NCBI GenBank assembly: GCA_964016885.1
Contig: CAXHJY010001273.1
Span: forward strand, 62,001 to 126,000
From: Eledone cirrhosa
Taxonomy: Eukaryota
Direction: 5' to 3'
DNA length: 64,000 nt
Shown here: positions 39,601 to 51,600 of the stretch, piece by piece
How positions within the stretch are numbered: position 1 is the stretch's first letter
Layout: each line of letters starts with the position of its first letter
Made by a program: the position numbers and the translations under genes
Notes under the pieces: generated by a model
The model's input: the letters and a program-made list of their open reading frames with translations, nothing else
What the model was told of the DNA's origin: nothing
Database searches by the model: none

Positions 39601-42600
39601 GTGACAGTGGTGGTGTTGGTGTTAGTGATGACAGTGGTGGTGTTGGTGTTAGTGGTGACAGTGGTGGTGTTGGTGTTAGTGGTGACAGTGGGGGTGTTGG
39701 TGTTAGTGGTGACAGTGGTGGTGTTGGTGGCAGTGGTGACAGTGGTGGTGTTGGTGGCAGTGGTGACAGTGGTGGTGTTGGTGTTAGTGGTGGCAGTGGT
39801 GGTGTTGGTGTTAGTGGTGACAGTGGTGGTGTTGGTGGCAGTGGTGACAGTGGTGGTGTTGGTGTTAGTGGTGACAGTGGTGGTGTTGGTGGCAGTGGTG
39901 ACAGTGGTGGTGTTGGTGTTAGTGGTGACAGTGGTGGTGTTGGTGTTAGTGGTGACAGTGGTGGTGTTGGTGGCAGTGGTGTCAGTGGTGGTGTTGGTGT
40001 TAGTGGTGGTGTTGGTGGCAGTGGAGACAGTGGTGGTGTTGGTGTTAGTGGTGACAGTGGTGGTGTTGGTGTTAGTGGTGACAGTGGTGGTGTTGGTGGC
40101 AGTGGTGACAGTGGTGGTGTTGGTGTTAATGGTGGTGTTGGTGGCAGTGGTGACAGTGGTGGTGTTGGTGTTAGTGGTGACAGTGGTGGTGTTGGTGGCA
40201 GTGGTGACAGTGGTGGTGTTGGTGTTAGTGGTGGTGTTGGTGGCAGTGGTGACAGTGGTGGTGTTGGTGTTAGTGGTGACAGTGGTGGTGTTGGTGTTAG
40301 TGGTGGCTGTGGTGGTGTTGGTGTTAGTGGTGACAGTGCTGGTGTTGGTGGCAGTGGTGACAGTGGTGGTGTTGGTGTTAGTGGTGGTGTTGGTGGCAGT
40401 GGTGACAGTGGTGGTGTTGGTGTTAGTGGTGGTGTTGGTGTTAGTGGTGACAGTGGTGGTGTTGGTGGCAGTGGTGACAGTGGTGGTGTTTGTGTTAGTG
40501 GTGACAGTGGTGGTGTTGGTGGCAGTGGTGACAGTGGTTGTGTTGGTGTTAGTGGTGGCAGTGGTGGTGTTGGTGTTAGTGGTGACAGTGGTGGTGTTGG
40601 TGGCAGTGGTGACAGTGGTGGTGTTGGTGTTAGTGGTGACAGTGGTGGTGTTGGTGGCAGTGGTGACAGTGGTGGTGTTGGTGTTAGTGGTGACAGTGGT
40701 GGTGTTGGTGACAGTGGTGGTGTTGGTGTTAGTGGTGGCAGTGGTGGTGTTGGTGTTAGTGGTGACAGTGGTGGTGTTGGTGGCAGTGGTGACAGTGGTG
40801 GTGCTGGTGTTAGTGGTGACAGTGGTGGTGTTGGTGTTAGTGGTGACAGTGGTGGTGTTGGTGTTAGTGGTGACAGTGGTGGTGTTGGTGTTAGTGGTGG
40901 AAGTGGTGGTGTTGGTGTTAGTGGTGACAGTGCTGGTGTTGGTGGAAGTGGTGACAGTGGTGGTGTTGGTGTTAGTGGTGGTGTTGGTGGCAGTGGTGAC
41001 AGTGGTGGTGTTGGTGTTAGTGGTGACAGTGGTGGTGTTGGTGTTAGTGGTGACAGTGGTGGTGTTGGTGGCAGTGGTGACAGTGGTGGTGTTGGTGTTA
41101 GTGGTGACAGTGGTGGTGTTGGTGGCAGTGGTGACAGTGGTGGTGTTGGTGTTAGTGGTGACAGTGGTTGTGTTGGTGGCAGTGGTGACAGTGGTTGTGT
41201 TGGTGGCAGTGGTGGCAGTGGTGGTGTTGGTGTTAGTGGTGACAGTGGTGGTGTTGGTGGCAGTGGTGACAGTGGTGGTGTTGGTGTTAGTGGTGACAGT
41301 GGTGGTGTTGGTGTTAGTGGTGGTGTTGGTGGCAGTGGTGACAGTGGTTGTGTTCGTGGCAGTGGTGGCAGTGGTGGTGGTGGTGTTAGTGGTGACAGTG
41401 GTGGTGTTGGTGTTAGTGGTGACAGTAGTGGTGTTGGTGTTAGTGGTGGCAGTGGTGGTGTTGGTGTTAGTGGTGGCAGTGGTGGTGTTGGTGGCAGTGG
41501 TGACAGTGGTGGTGTTGGTGGCAGTGGTGGCAGTGGTGGTGTTTGTGTTAGTGGTGACAGTGGTGGTGTTGGTGTTAGTGGTGACAGTGGTGGTGTTGGT
41601 GGCAGTGGTGACAGTGGTGGTGTTGTGTTAGTGGTGACAGTGGTGCTGTTGGTGGCAGTGGTGGCAGTGGTGGTGTTGGTGTTAGTGGTGACAGTGGTGG
41701 TGGTGGTGTTAGTGGTGACAGTGGTGGTGTTGGTGGCAGTGGTGACAGTGGTGGTATTGGTGTTAGTGGTGGCAGTGGTGGTGTTGGTGTTAGTGGTGAC
41801 AGTGGTGGTGTTGGTGGCAGTGGTGACAGTGGTGGTGTTGGTGTTAGTGGTGGCAGTGGTGGTGTTGGTGTTAGTGGTGACAGTGGTGGTGTTGGTGTTA
41901 GTGGTGACAGTGGTGGTGTTGGTGTTAGTGGTGACAGTGGTGGTGTTGGTGTTAGTGGTGACAGTGGTGGTGTTGGTGGCAGTGGTGACAGTGGTGGTGT
42001 TGGTGTTAGTGGTGGTGTTGGTGTTAGTGGTGACAGTGGTGGTGTTGGTGGCAGTGGTGACAGTGGTGGTGTTGGTGTTAGTGGTGGCAGTGGTGGTGTT
42101 GGTGTTAGTGTTGACAGTGGTGCTGTTGGTGGCAGTGGTGGCAGTGGTGGTGTTGGTGGCAGTGGTGACAGTGGTGGTGTTGGTGTTAGTGGTGGCAGTG
42201 GTGGTGTTGGTGTTAGTGGTGACAGTGGTGCTGTTGGTGGCAGTGGTGACAGTGGTGGTGTTGGTGTTAGTGGTGGCAGTGGTGGTGTTGGTGTTAGTGG
42301 TGACAGTGGTGCTGTTGGTGGCAGTGGTGGCAGTGGTGGTGTTGGTGGCAGTGCTGACAGTGGTGGTGTTGGTGTTAGTGGTGACAGTGGTGGTGTTGAT
42401 GTTAGTGGTGACAGTGGTGGTGTTGGTGGCAGTGGTGGCAGTGGTGGTTGTGGTGGCAGTGGTGACAGTGGTGGTGTTGGTGGCAGTGGTGACAGTGGTG
42501 GTGTTGGTGGCAATGGTGGCAGTGGTGGTGGTGGTGGCAGTGGTGGCAGTGGTGGTGGTGGTGGCAGTGGTGGCAGTGGTGGTGTTGGTGGCAGTTGTGG

Positions 42601-45600
42601 CAGTGGTGGTGTTGGTGGCAGTGGTGGCAGTGGTGGTGTTGGTGGCAGTGGTGACAGTGGTGGCAGTGGTGGTGTTGGTGTTAGTGCTGACAGTGGTGGT
42701 GTTGGTGTTAGTGGTGACAGTGGTGGTGTTGGTGTTATTGGTGACAGTTGTGGTGTTGGTGGCAGTGGTGACAGTGGTGGTGTTGGTGGCAGTGGTGACA
42801 GTGGTGTTGTTGGTGTTAGTGTTGACAGTGGTGGTGTTGGTGGCAGTGGTGTCAGTGGTGGTGTTGGTGTTAGTGGTGACAGTGGTGGTGTTGGTGTTAG
42901 TGGTGACAGTGGTGGTGTTGGTGGCAGTGGTGACAGTGGTGGTGTTGGTGGCAGTGGTGAGAGTGGTGGTGTTGGTGTTAGTGGTGACAGTGGTGGTGCT
43001 GGTGGCAGTGGTGACAGTGGTGGTGTTGGTGTTAGTGGTGACAGTGGTGGTGTTGGTGGCAGTGGTTACAGTGGTGGTGTTGGTGTTAGTGGTGACAGTG
43101 GTGGTGTTGGTGTTAGTGGTGACAGTGGGGGTGTTGGTGGCAGTGGTGACAGTGGTGTTGTTGGTGTTAGTGATGACAGTGGTGGTGTTGGTGTTAGTGG
43201 TGACAGTGGTGGTGTTGGTGTTAGTGGTGACAGTGGTGGTGTTGGTGTTAGTGGTGGAAGTGGTGGTGTTGGTGTTAGTGGTGACAGTGCTGGTGTTGGT
43301 GGAAGTGGTGACAGTGGTGGTGTTGGTGTTAGTGGTGGTGTTGGTGGCAGTGGTGACAGTGGTGGTGTTGGTGTTAGTGGTGACAGTGGTGGTGTTGGTG
43401 TTAGTGGTGACAGTGGTGGTGTTGGTGGCAGTGGTGACAGTGGTGGTGTTGGTGTTAGTGGTGACAGTGGTGGTGTTGGTGGCAGTGGTGACAGTGGTGG
43501 TGTTGGTGTTAGTGGTGACAGTGGTCGTGTTGGTGGCAGTGGTGACAGTGGTTGTGTTGGTGGCAGTGGTGGCAGTGGTGGTGTTGGTGTTAGTGGTGAC
43601 AGTGGTGGTGTTGGTGGCAGTGGTGACAGTGGTGGTGTTGGTGTTAGTGGTGACAGTGGTGGTGTTGGTGTTAGTGGTGGTGTTGGTGGCAGTGGTGACA
43701 GTGGTTGTGTTCGTGGCAGTGGTGGCAGTGGTGGTGGTGGTGTTAGTGGTGACAGTGGTGGTGTTGGTGTTAGTGGTGACAGTAGTGGTGTTGGTGTTAG
43801 TGGTGGCAGTGGTGGTGTTGGTGTTAGTGGTGGCAGTGGTGGTGTTGGTGGCAGTGGTGACAGTGGTGGTGTTGGTGGCAGTGGTGGCAGTGGTGGTGTT
43901 TGTGTTAGTGGTGACAGTGGTGGTGTTGGTGTTAGTGGTGACAGTGGTGGTGTTGGTGGCAGTGGTGACAGTGGTGGTGTTGTGTTAGTGGTGACAGTGG
44001 TGCTGTTGGTGGCAGTGGTGGCAGTGGTGGTGTTGGTGTTAGTGGTGACAGTGGTGGTGGTGGTGTTAGTGGTGACAGTGGTGGTGTTGGTGGCAGTGGT
44101 GACAGTGGTGGTATTGGTGTTAGTGGTGGCAGTGGTGGTGTTGGTGTTAGTGGTGACAGTGGTGGTGTTGGTGGCAGTGGTGACAGTGGTGGTGTTGGTG
44201 TTAGTGGTGGCAGTGGTGGTGTTGGTGTTAGTGGTGACAGTGGTGGTGTTGGTGTTAGTGGTGACAGTGGTGGTGTTGGTGTTAGTGGTGACAGTGGTGG
44301 TGTTGGTGTTAGTGGTGACAGTGGTGGTGTTGGTGTTAGTGGTGACAGTGGTGGTGTTGGTGGCAGTGGTGACAGTGGTGGTGTTGGTGTTAGTGGTGGT
44401 GTTGGTGTTAGTGGTGACAGTGGTGGTGTTGGTGGCAGTGGTGACAGTGGTGGTGTTGGTGTTAGTGGTGGCAGTGGTGGTGTTGGTGTTAGTGTTGACA
44501 GTGGTGGTGTTGGTGGCAGTGGTGGCAGTGGTGGTGTTGGTGGCAGTGGTGACAGTGGTGGTGTTGGTGTTAGTGGTGGCAGTGGTGGTGTTGGTGGCAG
44601 TGGTGGCAGTGGTGGTGTTGGTGTTAGTGGTGACAGTGGTGGTGGTGGTGTTAGTGGTGACAGTGGTGGTGTTGGTGGCAGTGGTGACAGTGGTGCTGTT
44701 GGTGGCAGTGGTGACAGTGGTGGTGTTGGTGTTAGTGGTGGCAGTGCTGGTGTTGGTGTTAGTGGTGACAGTGGTGCTGTTGGTGGCAGTGGTGGCAGTG
44801 GTGGTGTTGGTGGCAGTGCTGACAGTGGTGGTGTTGGTGTTAGTGGTGACAGTGGTGGTGTTGATGTTAGTGGTGACAGTGGTGGTGTTGGTGGCAGTGG
44901 TGGCAGTGGTGGTGGTGGTGGCAGTGGTGACAGTGGTGGTGTTGGTGGCAGTGGTGGCAGTGGTGGTGTTGGTGGCAGTTGTGGCAGTGGTGGTGTTGGT
45001 GGCAGTGGTGGCAGTGGTGGTGTTGGTGGCAGTGGTGACAGTGGTGGCAGTGGTGGTGTTGGTGTTAGTGCTGACAGTGGTGGTGTTGGTGTTAGTGGTG
45101 ACAGTGGTGGTGTTGGTGTTAGTGGTGACAGTTGTGGTGTTGGTGGCAGTGGTGACAGTGGTGGTGTTGGTGGCAGTGGTGACAGTGGTGTTGTTGGTGT
45201 TAGTGTTGACAGTGGTGGTGTTGGTGGCAGTGGTGTCAGTGGTGGTGTTGGTGTTAGTGGTGACAGTGGTGGTGTTGGTGTTAGTGGTGACAGTGGTGGT
45301 GTTGGTGGCAGTGGTGACAGTGGTGGTGTTGGTGGCAGTGGTGAGAGTGGTGGTGTTGGTGTTAGTGGTGACAGTGGTGGTGCTGGTGGCAGTGGTGACA
45401 GTGGTGGTGTTGGTGTTAGTGGTGACAGTGGTGGTGTTGGTGGCAGTGGTGACAGTGGTGGTGTTGGTGTTAGTGGTGACAGTGGTGGTGTTGGTGTTAG
45501 TGGTGACAGTGGGGGTGTTGGTGGCAGTGGTGACAGTGGTGGTGTTGGTGTTAGTGATGACAGTGGTGGTGTTGGTGTTAGTGGTGACAGTGGTGGTGTT

Positions 45601-45604
45601 GGTG

Positions 45605-48600
45605 TTAGTGGTGACAGTGGGGGGTGTTGGTGTTAGTGGTGACAGTGGTGGTGTTGGTGGCAGTGGTGACAGTGGTGGTGTTGGTGGCAGTGGTGACAGT
45701 GGTGGTGTTGGTGTTAGTGGTGGCAGTGGTGGTGTTGGTGTTAGTGGTGACAGTGGTGGTGTTGGTGGCAGTGGTGACAGTGGTGGTGTTGGTGTTAGTG
45801 GTGACAGTGGTGGTGTTGGTGGCAGTGGTGACAGTGGTGGTGTTGGTGTTAGTGGTGGCAGTGGTGGTGTTGGTGTTAGTGGTGACAGTGGTGGTGTTGG
45901 TGTTAGTGGTGACAGTGGTGGTGTTGGTGTTAGTGGTGACAGTGGTGGTGTTGGTGTTAGTGGTGACAGTGGTGGTGTTGGTGTTAGTGGTGACAGTGGT
46001 GGTGTTGGTGGCAGTGGTGACAGTGGTGGTGTTGGTGTTAGTGGTGGTGTTGGTGTTAGTGGTGACAGTGGTGGTGTTGGTGGCAGTGGTGACAGTGGTG
46101 GTGTTGGTGTTAGTGGTGGCAGTGGTGGTGTTGGTGTTAGTGTTGACAGTGGTGGTGTTGGTGGCAGTGGTGGCAGTGGTGGTGTTGGTGGCAGTGGTGA
46201 CAGTGGTGGTGGTGGTGTTAGTGGTGGCAGTGGTGGTGTTGGTGTTAGTGGTGACAGTGGTGCTGTTTGTGGCAGTGGTGACAGTGGTGGTGTTGGTGTT
46301 AGTGGTGGCAGTGGTGGTGTTGGTGTTAGTGGTGACAGTGGTGCTGTTGGTGGCAGTGGTGGCAGTGGTGGTGTTGGTGGCAGTGCTGACAGTGGTGGTG
46401 TTGGTGTTAGTGGTGACAGTGGTGGTGTTGGTGTTAGTGGTGACAGTGGTGGTGTTGGTGGCAGTGCTGGCAGTGGTGGTGGTGGTGGCAGTGGTGACAG
46501 TGGTGGTGTTGGTGGCAGTGGTGGCAGTGGTGTTGTTGGTGGCAGTTGTGGCAGTGGTGGTGTTGGTGGCAGTGGTGGCAGTGGTGGTGTTGGTGGCAGT
46601 GGTGACAGTGGTGGCAGTGGTGGTGTTGGTGTTAGTGCTGACAGTGGTGGTGTTGGTGTTAGTGGTGACAGTGGTGGTGTTGGTGTTAGTGGTGACAGTT
46701 GTGGTGTTGGTGGCAGTGGTGACAGTGGTGGTGTTGGTGGCAGTGGTGACAGTGGTGGTGTTGGTGTTAGTGTTGACAGTGGTGGTGTTGGTGGCAGTGG
46801 TGTCAGTGGTGGTGTTGGTGTTAGTGGTGACAGTGGTGGTGTTGGTGTTAGTGGTGAGAGTGGTGGTGTTGGTGTTAGTGGTGACAGTGGTGGTGCTGGT
46901 GGCAGTGGTGACAGTGGTGGTGTTGGTGTTAGTGGTGACAGTGGTGGTGTTGGTGGCAGTGGTGACAGTGGTGGTGTTGGTGTTAGTGGTGACAGTGGTG
47001 GTGTTGGTGTTAGTGGTGACAGTGGGGGTGTTGGTGGCAGTGGTGACAGTGGTGGTGTTGGTGTTAGTGATGACAGTGGTGGTGTTGGTGTTAGTGGTGA
47101 CAGTGGTGGTGTTGGTGTTAGTGGTGACAGTGGGGGTGTTGGTGTTAGTGGTGACAGTGGTGGTGTTGGTGTTAGTGGTGACAGTGGTGGTGTTGGTGTT
47201 AGTGGTGGCAGTGGTGGTGTTGGTGTTAGTGGTGACAGTGGTGGTGTTGGTGGCAGTGGTGACAGTGGTGGTGTTGGTGTTAGTGGTGACAGTGGTGGTG
47301 TTGGTGGCAGTGGTGACAGTGGTAGTGTTGGTGTTAGTGGTGACAGTGGTGGTGTTGGTGTTAGTGGTGACAGTGGTGGTGTTGGTGTTAGTGGTGACAG
47401 TGGTGGTGTTGGTGGCAGTGGTGTCAGTGGTGGTGTTGGTGTTAGTGTTGGTGTTGGTGGCAGTGGTGACAGTGGTGGTGTTGGTGTTTGTGGTGACATT
47501 GGTGGTGTTGGTGTTAGTGGTGACAGTGGTGGTGTTGGTGGCAGTGGTGACAGTGGTGGTGTTGGTGTTAGTGGTGGTGTTGGTGGCAGTGGTGACAGTG
47601 GTGGTGTTGGTGTTAGTGGTGACAGTGGTGGTGTTGGTGGCAGTGGTGACAGTGGTGGTGTTGGTGTTAGTGGTGGTGTTGTAGGCAGTGGTGACAGTGG
47701 TGGTGTTGGTGTTAGTGGTGACAGTGGTGGTGTTGGTGTTAGTGGTGGCAGTGGTGGTGTTGGTGTTAGTGGTGACAGTGCTGGTGTTGGTGGCAATGGT
47801 GACAGTGGTGGTGTTGGTGTTAGTGGTGGTGTTGGTGGCAGTGGTGACAGTGGTGGTGTTGGTGTTAGTGGTGACAGTGGTGGTGTTGGTGTTAGTGGTG
47901 ACAGTGGTGGTGTTGGTGGCAGTGGTGACAGTGGTGGTGTTTGTGTTAGTGGTGACAGTGGTGGTGTTGGTGGCAGTGGTGACAGTGGTTGTGTTGGTGT
48001 TAGTGGTGGCAGTGGTGGTGTTGGTGTTAGTGGTGACAGTGGTGGTGTTGGTGGCAGTGGTGACAGTGGTGGTGTTAGTGTTAGTGGTGACAGTGGTGGT
48101 GTTGGTGGCAGTGGTGACAGTGGTGGTGTTGGTGTTAGTGGTGACAGTGGTGGTGTTGGTGACAGTGGTGGTGTTGGTGTTAGTGGTGGCAGTGGTGGTG
48201 TTGGTGTTAGTGGTGACAGTGGTGGTGTTGGTGGCAGTGGTGACAGTGGTGGTGTTGGTGTTAGTGGTGACAGTGGTGGTGTTGGTGGCAGTGGTGATAG
48301 TGGTGGTGTTGGTGTTAGTGGTGGCAGTGGTGGTGTTGGTGTTAGTGGTGGCAGTGGTGGTGTTGGTGCTAGTGGTGACAGTGGTGGTGTTGGTGGCAGT
48401 GGTGACAGTGGTGGTGTTGGTGGCAGTGGTGACAGTGGTGGTGTTGGTGTTAGTGGTGACAGTGGTGGTGTTGGTGTTAGTGGTGAGAGTGGTGGTGTTG
48501 GTGTTAGTGGTGACAGTGGTGGTGTTGGTGTTAGTGGTGGCAGTGGTGGTGTTGGTGGCAGTGGTGATAGTGGTGGTGTTGGTGGCAGTGGTGACAGTGG

Positions 48601-51600
48601 TGGTGTTGGTGTTAGTGGTGGCAGTGGTGGTGTTGGTGTTAGTGGTGGCAGTGGTGGTGTTGGTGGCAGTGGTGACAGTGGTGGTGTTGGTGTTAGTGGT
48701 GACAGTGGTGGTGTTGGTGGCAGTGGTGACAGTGGTGGTGTTGGTGTTAGTGGTGACAGTGGTGGTGTTGGTGGCAGTGGTGACAGTGGTGGTGTTGGTG
48801 TTAGTGGTGGCAGTGGTGGTGTTGGTGGCAGTGGTGACAGTGGTGGTGTTGGTGTTAGTGGTGACAGTGGTGGTGTTGGTGGCAGTGGTGACAGTGGTGG
48901 TGTTGGTGTTAGTGGTGGCAGTGGTGGTGTTGGTGTTAGTGGTGGCAGTGGTGGTGTTGGTGGCAGTGGTGACAGTGGTGGTGTTGGTGTTAGTGGTGAC
49001 AGTGGTGGTGTTGGTGGCAGTGGTGACAGTGGTGGTGTTGGTGTTAGTGGTGACAGTGGTGGTGTTGGTGGCAGTGGTGACAGTGGTGGTGTTGGTGTTA
49101 GTGGTGGCAGTGGTGGTGTTGGTGGCAGTGGTGACAGTGGTGGTGTTGGTGTTAGTGGTGACAGTGGTGGTGTTGGTGGCAGTGGTGACAGTGGTGGTGT
49201 TGGTGTTAGTGGTGACAGTGGTGGTGTTGGTGGCAGTGGTGGCAGTGGTGGTGTTGGTGACAGTGGTGACAGTGGTGGTGTTGGTGGCAGTGGTGACAGT
49301 GGTGGTGTTGGTGTTAGTGGTGGCAGTGGTGGTGTTGGTGGCAGTGGTGACAGTGGTGGTGTTGGTGTTAGTGGTGACAGTGGTGGTGTTGGTGGCAGTG
49401 GTGACAGTGGTGGTGTTGGTGTTAGTGGTGACAGTGGTGGTGTTGGTGTTAGTGGTGACAGTGGTGGTGTTGGTGGCAGTGGTGACAGTGGTGGTGTTGG
49501 TGTCAGTGGTGACAGTGGTGGCGTTGGTGTTAGTGGTGACAGTGGTGGTGTTGGTGTTAGTGGTGACAGTGGTGGTGTTGGTGTTAGTGGTGGCAGTGGT
49601 GGTGTTGGTGGCAGTGGTGACAGTGGTGGTGTTGGTGTTAGTGGTGACAGTGGTGATGTTGGTGGCAGTGGTGACAGTGGTGGTGTTGGTGTTAGTGGTA
49701 AAAGTGGTGGCGTTGGTGTTAGTGGTGACAGTGGTGGTGTTGGTGTTAGTGGTGACAGTGGTGGTGGTGGTGGTGTTAGTGGTGACAGTGGTGGTGGTGG
49801 TGTTAGTGGTGGCAGTGGTGGTGTTGGTGTTAGTGGTGACAGTGGTGGTGTTGGTGGCAGTGGTGACAGTGGTGGTGTTGGTGTTAGTGGTGACAGTGGT
49901 GGTGTTGGTGGCAGTGGTGACAGTGGTGGTGTTGGTGTCAGTGGTGACAGTGGTGGTGTTGGTGTTAGTGGTGACAGTGGTGGTGTTGGTGTTAGTGGTG
50001 ACAGTGGTGGTGTTGGTGGCAGTGGTGACAGTGGTGGTGTTGGTGTCAGTGGTGACAGTGGTGGTGTTGGTGTTAGTGGTGACAGTGGTGGTGTTGGTGG
50101 CAGTAGTGGCAGTGGTGGTGTTGTTGTTAGTGGTGACAGTGGTGGTGTTGGTGTTAGTGGTGGCAGTGGTGGTGTTGGTGGCAGTGGTGACAGTGGTGGT
50201 GTTGGTGGCAGTGGTGACAGTGGTGGTGTTGGTGTTAGTGGTGGCAGTGGTGGTGTTGGTGTTAGTGGTGACAGTGGTGGTGTTGGTGGCAGTGGTGACA
50301 GTGGTGGTGTTGGTGTTAGTGGTGACAGTGGTGGTGTTGGTGGCAGTGGTGATAGTGGTGGTGTTGGTGTTAGTGGTGGCAGTGGTGGTGTTGGTGTTAG
50401 TGGTGGCAGTGGTGGTGTTGGTGTTAGTGGTGACAGTGGTGGTGTTGGTGGCAGTGGTGACAGTGGTGGTGTTGGTGTTAGTGGTAACAGTGGTGGCGTT
50501 GGTGTTAGTGGTGACAGTGGTGGTGTTGGTGTTAGTGGTGACAGTGGTGGTGTTGGTGGCAGTGGTGACAGTGGTGGTGTTGGTGTTAGTGGTGACAGTG
50601 GTGGTGTTGGTGGCAGTGGTGATAGTGGTGGTGTTGGTGTTAGTGGTGACAGTGGTGGTGTTGGTGTTTGTGGTGACAGTGGTGGTGTTGGTGGCAGTGG
50701 TGACAGTGGTGGTGTTGGTGTTAGTGGTAACAGTGGTGGCGTTGGTGTTAGTGGTGACAGTGGTGGTGTTGGTGTTAGTGGTGACAGTGGTGGTGGTGGT
50801 GTTAGTGGTGACAGTGGTGGTGGTGGTGCTAGTGGTGGCAGTGGTGGTGGTGGTGTTAGTGGTGACAGTGGTGGTGGTGGTGGCAGTGGTGACAGTGGTG
50901 GTGTTGGTGTTAGTGGTGACAGTGGTGGTGTTGGTGGCAGTGGTGACAGTGGTGGTGTTGGTGTCAGTGGTGACAGTGGTGGTGTTGGTGTTAGTGGTGA
51001 CAGTGGTGGTGTTGGTGTTAGTGGTGACAGTGGTGGTGTTGGTGGCAGTGGTGACAGTGGTGGTGTTGGTGTCAGTGGTGACAGTGGTGGTGTTGGTGTT
51101 AGTGGTGACAGTGGTGGTGTTGGTGGCAGTAGTGGCAGTGGTGGTGTTGTTGTTAGTGGTGACAGTGGTGGTGGTGATGTTAGTGGTGACAGTGGTGGTG
51201 TTGGTGTTAGTGGTGACAGTGGTGGTGTTGGTGTTAGTGGTGACAGTGGTGGTGTTGGTGGCAGTGGTGACAGTGGTGGTGTTGGTGGCAGTGGTGACAG
51301 TGGTGGTGTTGGTGTTAGTGGTGACAGTGGTGGTGTTGGTGTTAGTGGTGACAGTGGTGGTGTTGGTGTTAGTGGTGACAGTGGTGGTGTTGGTGTTAGT
51401 GGTGACACTGGTGGTGGTGGTGTTAGTGGTGACAGTGGTGGTGTTGGTGGCAGTGATGACAGTGGTGGTGTTGGTGTCAGTGGTGACAGTGGTGGTGTTG
51501 GTGGCAGTGGTGACAGTGGTGGTGTTGGTGTTAGTGGTGACAGTGGTGGTGTTGGTGGCAGTGGTGACAGTGGTGGTGTTGGTGTTAGTGGTGACAGTGG

